Below, in pieces: positions 62,254-63,647 of a DNA stretch of 63,647 bases. Position 1 is the first letter of the stretch, and every line of letters begins with the position of its first letter. The position numbers were made by a program, and so were the translations under genes. A model generated the notes under the pieces. The model was given only the letters and a program-made list of their open reading frames with translations, ran no database searches and was not told where the DNA came from. The DNA lies in assembly GCA_002748455.1 (NCBI GenBank), contig PDSL01000023.1:1-63647 (forward strand). The letters are read 5' to 3'. The stretch is from Ilumatobacter coccineus. Its GTDB lineage: Bacteria; Actinomycetota; Acidimicrobiia; Acidimicrobiales; Ilumatobacteraceae.

Positions 62254-63369
62254 TCAAGGCCGAGTTCCGGCCAGGAGGGGCACATAGACCTCGGCCGATG
62301 TCATCGATCCGTGGCGGCACACCAACTCGAAGGGGCCGCTGTCATCGGGATCGTGGAATGACACCGGTTCGGTCGCGATGACCGCAACATCGCCCAACCG
62401 AGACATCACCGGTCGGGACATGGTTGGCCCAAACCAGCCCTCATCGACCAATTGGTGGCGGCTGACCACCCAGGCCTGGCGGCCGAATGCCTCCTCAGCG
62501 GCAACGAGGAGATCGTCCCCTGCTCCCCGACGGGCATGGAGCCATCGGAATCGTCCTTCTCCCGACTGGTCGGCAACCAGATCGAGAACTGAGCTGGGTG
62601 GATACACGATATTGCTTCCCACGGAGACCTGGCCGTGATCGGCGGTCACCAAGAGGACCGCTCCCGGAGGCAAGATCTCCAACACATCAGCGACCAAGCG
62701 ATCAGCAAACTTCAGCTCAGCATCGTAGAACTCACCAAAGCCGCGTTCGTGGGCGATGCGATCGATACCGCCGTAGTAGGCGTAGACAAACCGCTGCCCA
62801 TCGGCGAGTTGTTGTCGGACCTCGATCGGCATCGATGAAGAGGCCCGCCATCCCACCGGGAAACCGCCGCGCTGGTGGGCCGCGCTAAAGGAGGTATTGA
62901 CCAATTCGATCGGACTGATCACCGGCACGGTTTCGCCCAAGAAGGCTGGATACCGCTGGATGTCTTCGGGGAGGTGGTGTCGGCGACGGTCATCGCCATC
63001 GACTGCCCACCGGAGCACATTGAGCACCTCGCCGCCCAGCATGATGCGATAGCCGACCAGGCCGTGTTCGCCGGGAGCCAACCCGGTGGCAATCGAGCAC
63101 AGTGCCGTTGCAGTGGTGGTTGGGGCGACCGTGGTAATCGGTCCGCCGACCATCGACGACAAGGTGGGGGCGCACGATTCATGGTCGCGGAGCTGGTCCC
63201 AGCCCAGGCCATCGAGAACCAAGAGCACGATCTGACGGGCATCGGCAACCAGTTCGGGCATCCACGATGGCAACCCCGATGCCCACGACTGGGGGCCCAA
63301 GAGGGTAGGAACGATGCTGCCCACATTGGCACCGCCATAGTCTGGCTTGATCAAAACAGAAGGATCCAC
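62254..63369 (-). CDS. Alkaline phosphatase superfamily nucleotide pyrophosphatase/phosphodiesterase
   Basis: LVLDGLG, PTTT..AL.S..TG..PG.HG, D...H..G, VTADHG, HGS. Confidence 0.88.
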   Translation of the reverse strand: MDPSVLIKPDYGGANVGSIVPTLLGPQSWASGLPSWMPELVADARQIVLLVLDGLGWDQLRDHESCAPTLSSMVGGPITTVAPTTTATALCSIATGLAPGEHGLVGYRIMLGGEVLNVLRWAVDGDDRRRHHLPEDIQRYPAFLGETVPVISPIELVNTSFSAAHQRGGFPVGWRASSSMPIEVRQQLADGQRFVYAYYGGIDRIAHERGFGEFYDAELKFADRLVADVLEILPPGAVLLVTADHGQVSVGSNIVYPPSSVLDLVADQSGEGRFRWLHARRGAGDDLLVAAEEAFGRQAWVVSRHQLVDEGWFGPTMSRPVMSRLGDVAVIATEPVSFHDPDDSGPFELVCRHGSMTSAEVYVPLLAGTRP

Positions 63370-63487
63370 GGCGGAACAAGTCCACCAGTTTTTGACCCCA
63401 GTTTCAACCGTTACGGCATTCTTGGTTCGCGCTGGCTGACGTGGGCACGCCCTGCTGGCGTCGTGTTGGCAGCGATCGAGCGAGATA

Positions 63488-63647
63488 TCAGTGGCGAAAT
63501 GCGTCCCGGCGTTCGCTCAAATCCGCCGGTAGTGGGCTGGTGAAGGTGACCACCTCACCCCGTATCGGATGCTCGAACGAGAGCTCAGCAGCGTGCAAGA
63601 AGGGACGTTTCAAGCCCAGGTGAGGACGCCGCTGGCCATAGACCGGA
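63488..63647 (-). CDS. rluD: RluA/RluD family pseudouridine synthase, 3' end (partial)
   Basis: Manual translation PVYGQRRPHLGLKRPFLHAAELSFEHPIRGEVVTFTSPLPADL...*; rluD-dnaE synteny is common in actinobacteria. Confidence 0.85.
   Translation of the reverse strand, partial: PVYGQRRPHLGLKRPFLHAAELSFEHPIRGEVVTFTSPLPADLSERRDAFRH

Noticed and set aside
63385-63415. GTAAC-N4-GAAAC and AAACTGG repeats upstream of the phosphodiesterase as a GlnR box
   Set aside because: Spacing does not fit the N6 consensus and the motif is too short to support

Overview
A high-GC, gene-dense chromosomal housekeeping region from an actinobacterium. mIHF, MshC, the PgsA-PatA-PimA operon, the Bpa proteasome activator and GuaB1 place it in Actinomycetota; Acidimicrobiia (Ilumatobacter-like) is my inference from protein style and gene order. 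The left third is the conserved alaS-ruvX-mltG-aroE-aroC-aroB-aroQ-pepQ-efp-nusB...mIHF-gmk-rpoZ-coaBC-metK-priA-def-fmt-rsmB superoperon on the minus strand. It lacks aroK and has a DUF2079-like gene where the pyr/car operon usually sits. The rest is mixed metabolism (pyk, cmk, guaB1, tsaC, panC, proA, icd, udp), envelope genes, thrS, mshC, fabI, dnaE, bpa and part of rluD. I found no rRNA, tRNA, CRISPR array, transposase, phage or defence system, and I cannot support a clearly novel multi-gene system. The most unusual signals are: (1) three conserved genes (rnd, icd, udp) each missing a clean internal block, the udp junction lying on a CGATCG-containing apparent microhomology; (2) an apparent excess of the HIP1 octamer GCGATCGC; (3) pervasive leaderless TANNNT-N6-8-start architecture, including one palindromic bidirectional -10 and several candidate leaderless uORFs; (4) a few structured leaders or operator-like palindromes (metK, guaB1, a small basic/acidic protein, an aminotransferase operon). 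All family calls and homolog comparisons come from motif recognition and recall, not database searches.
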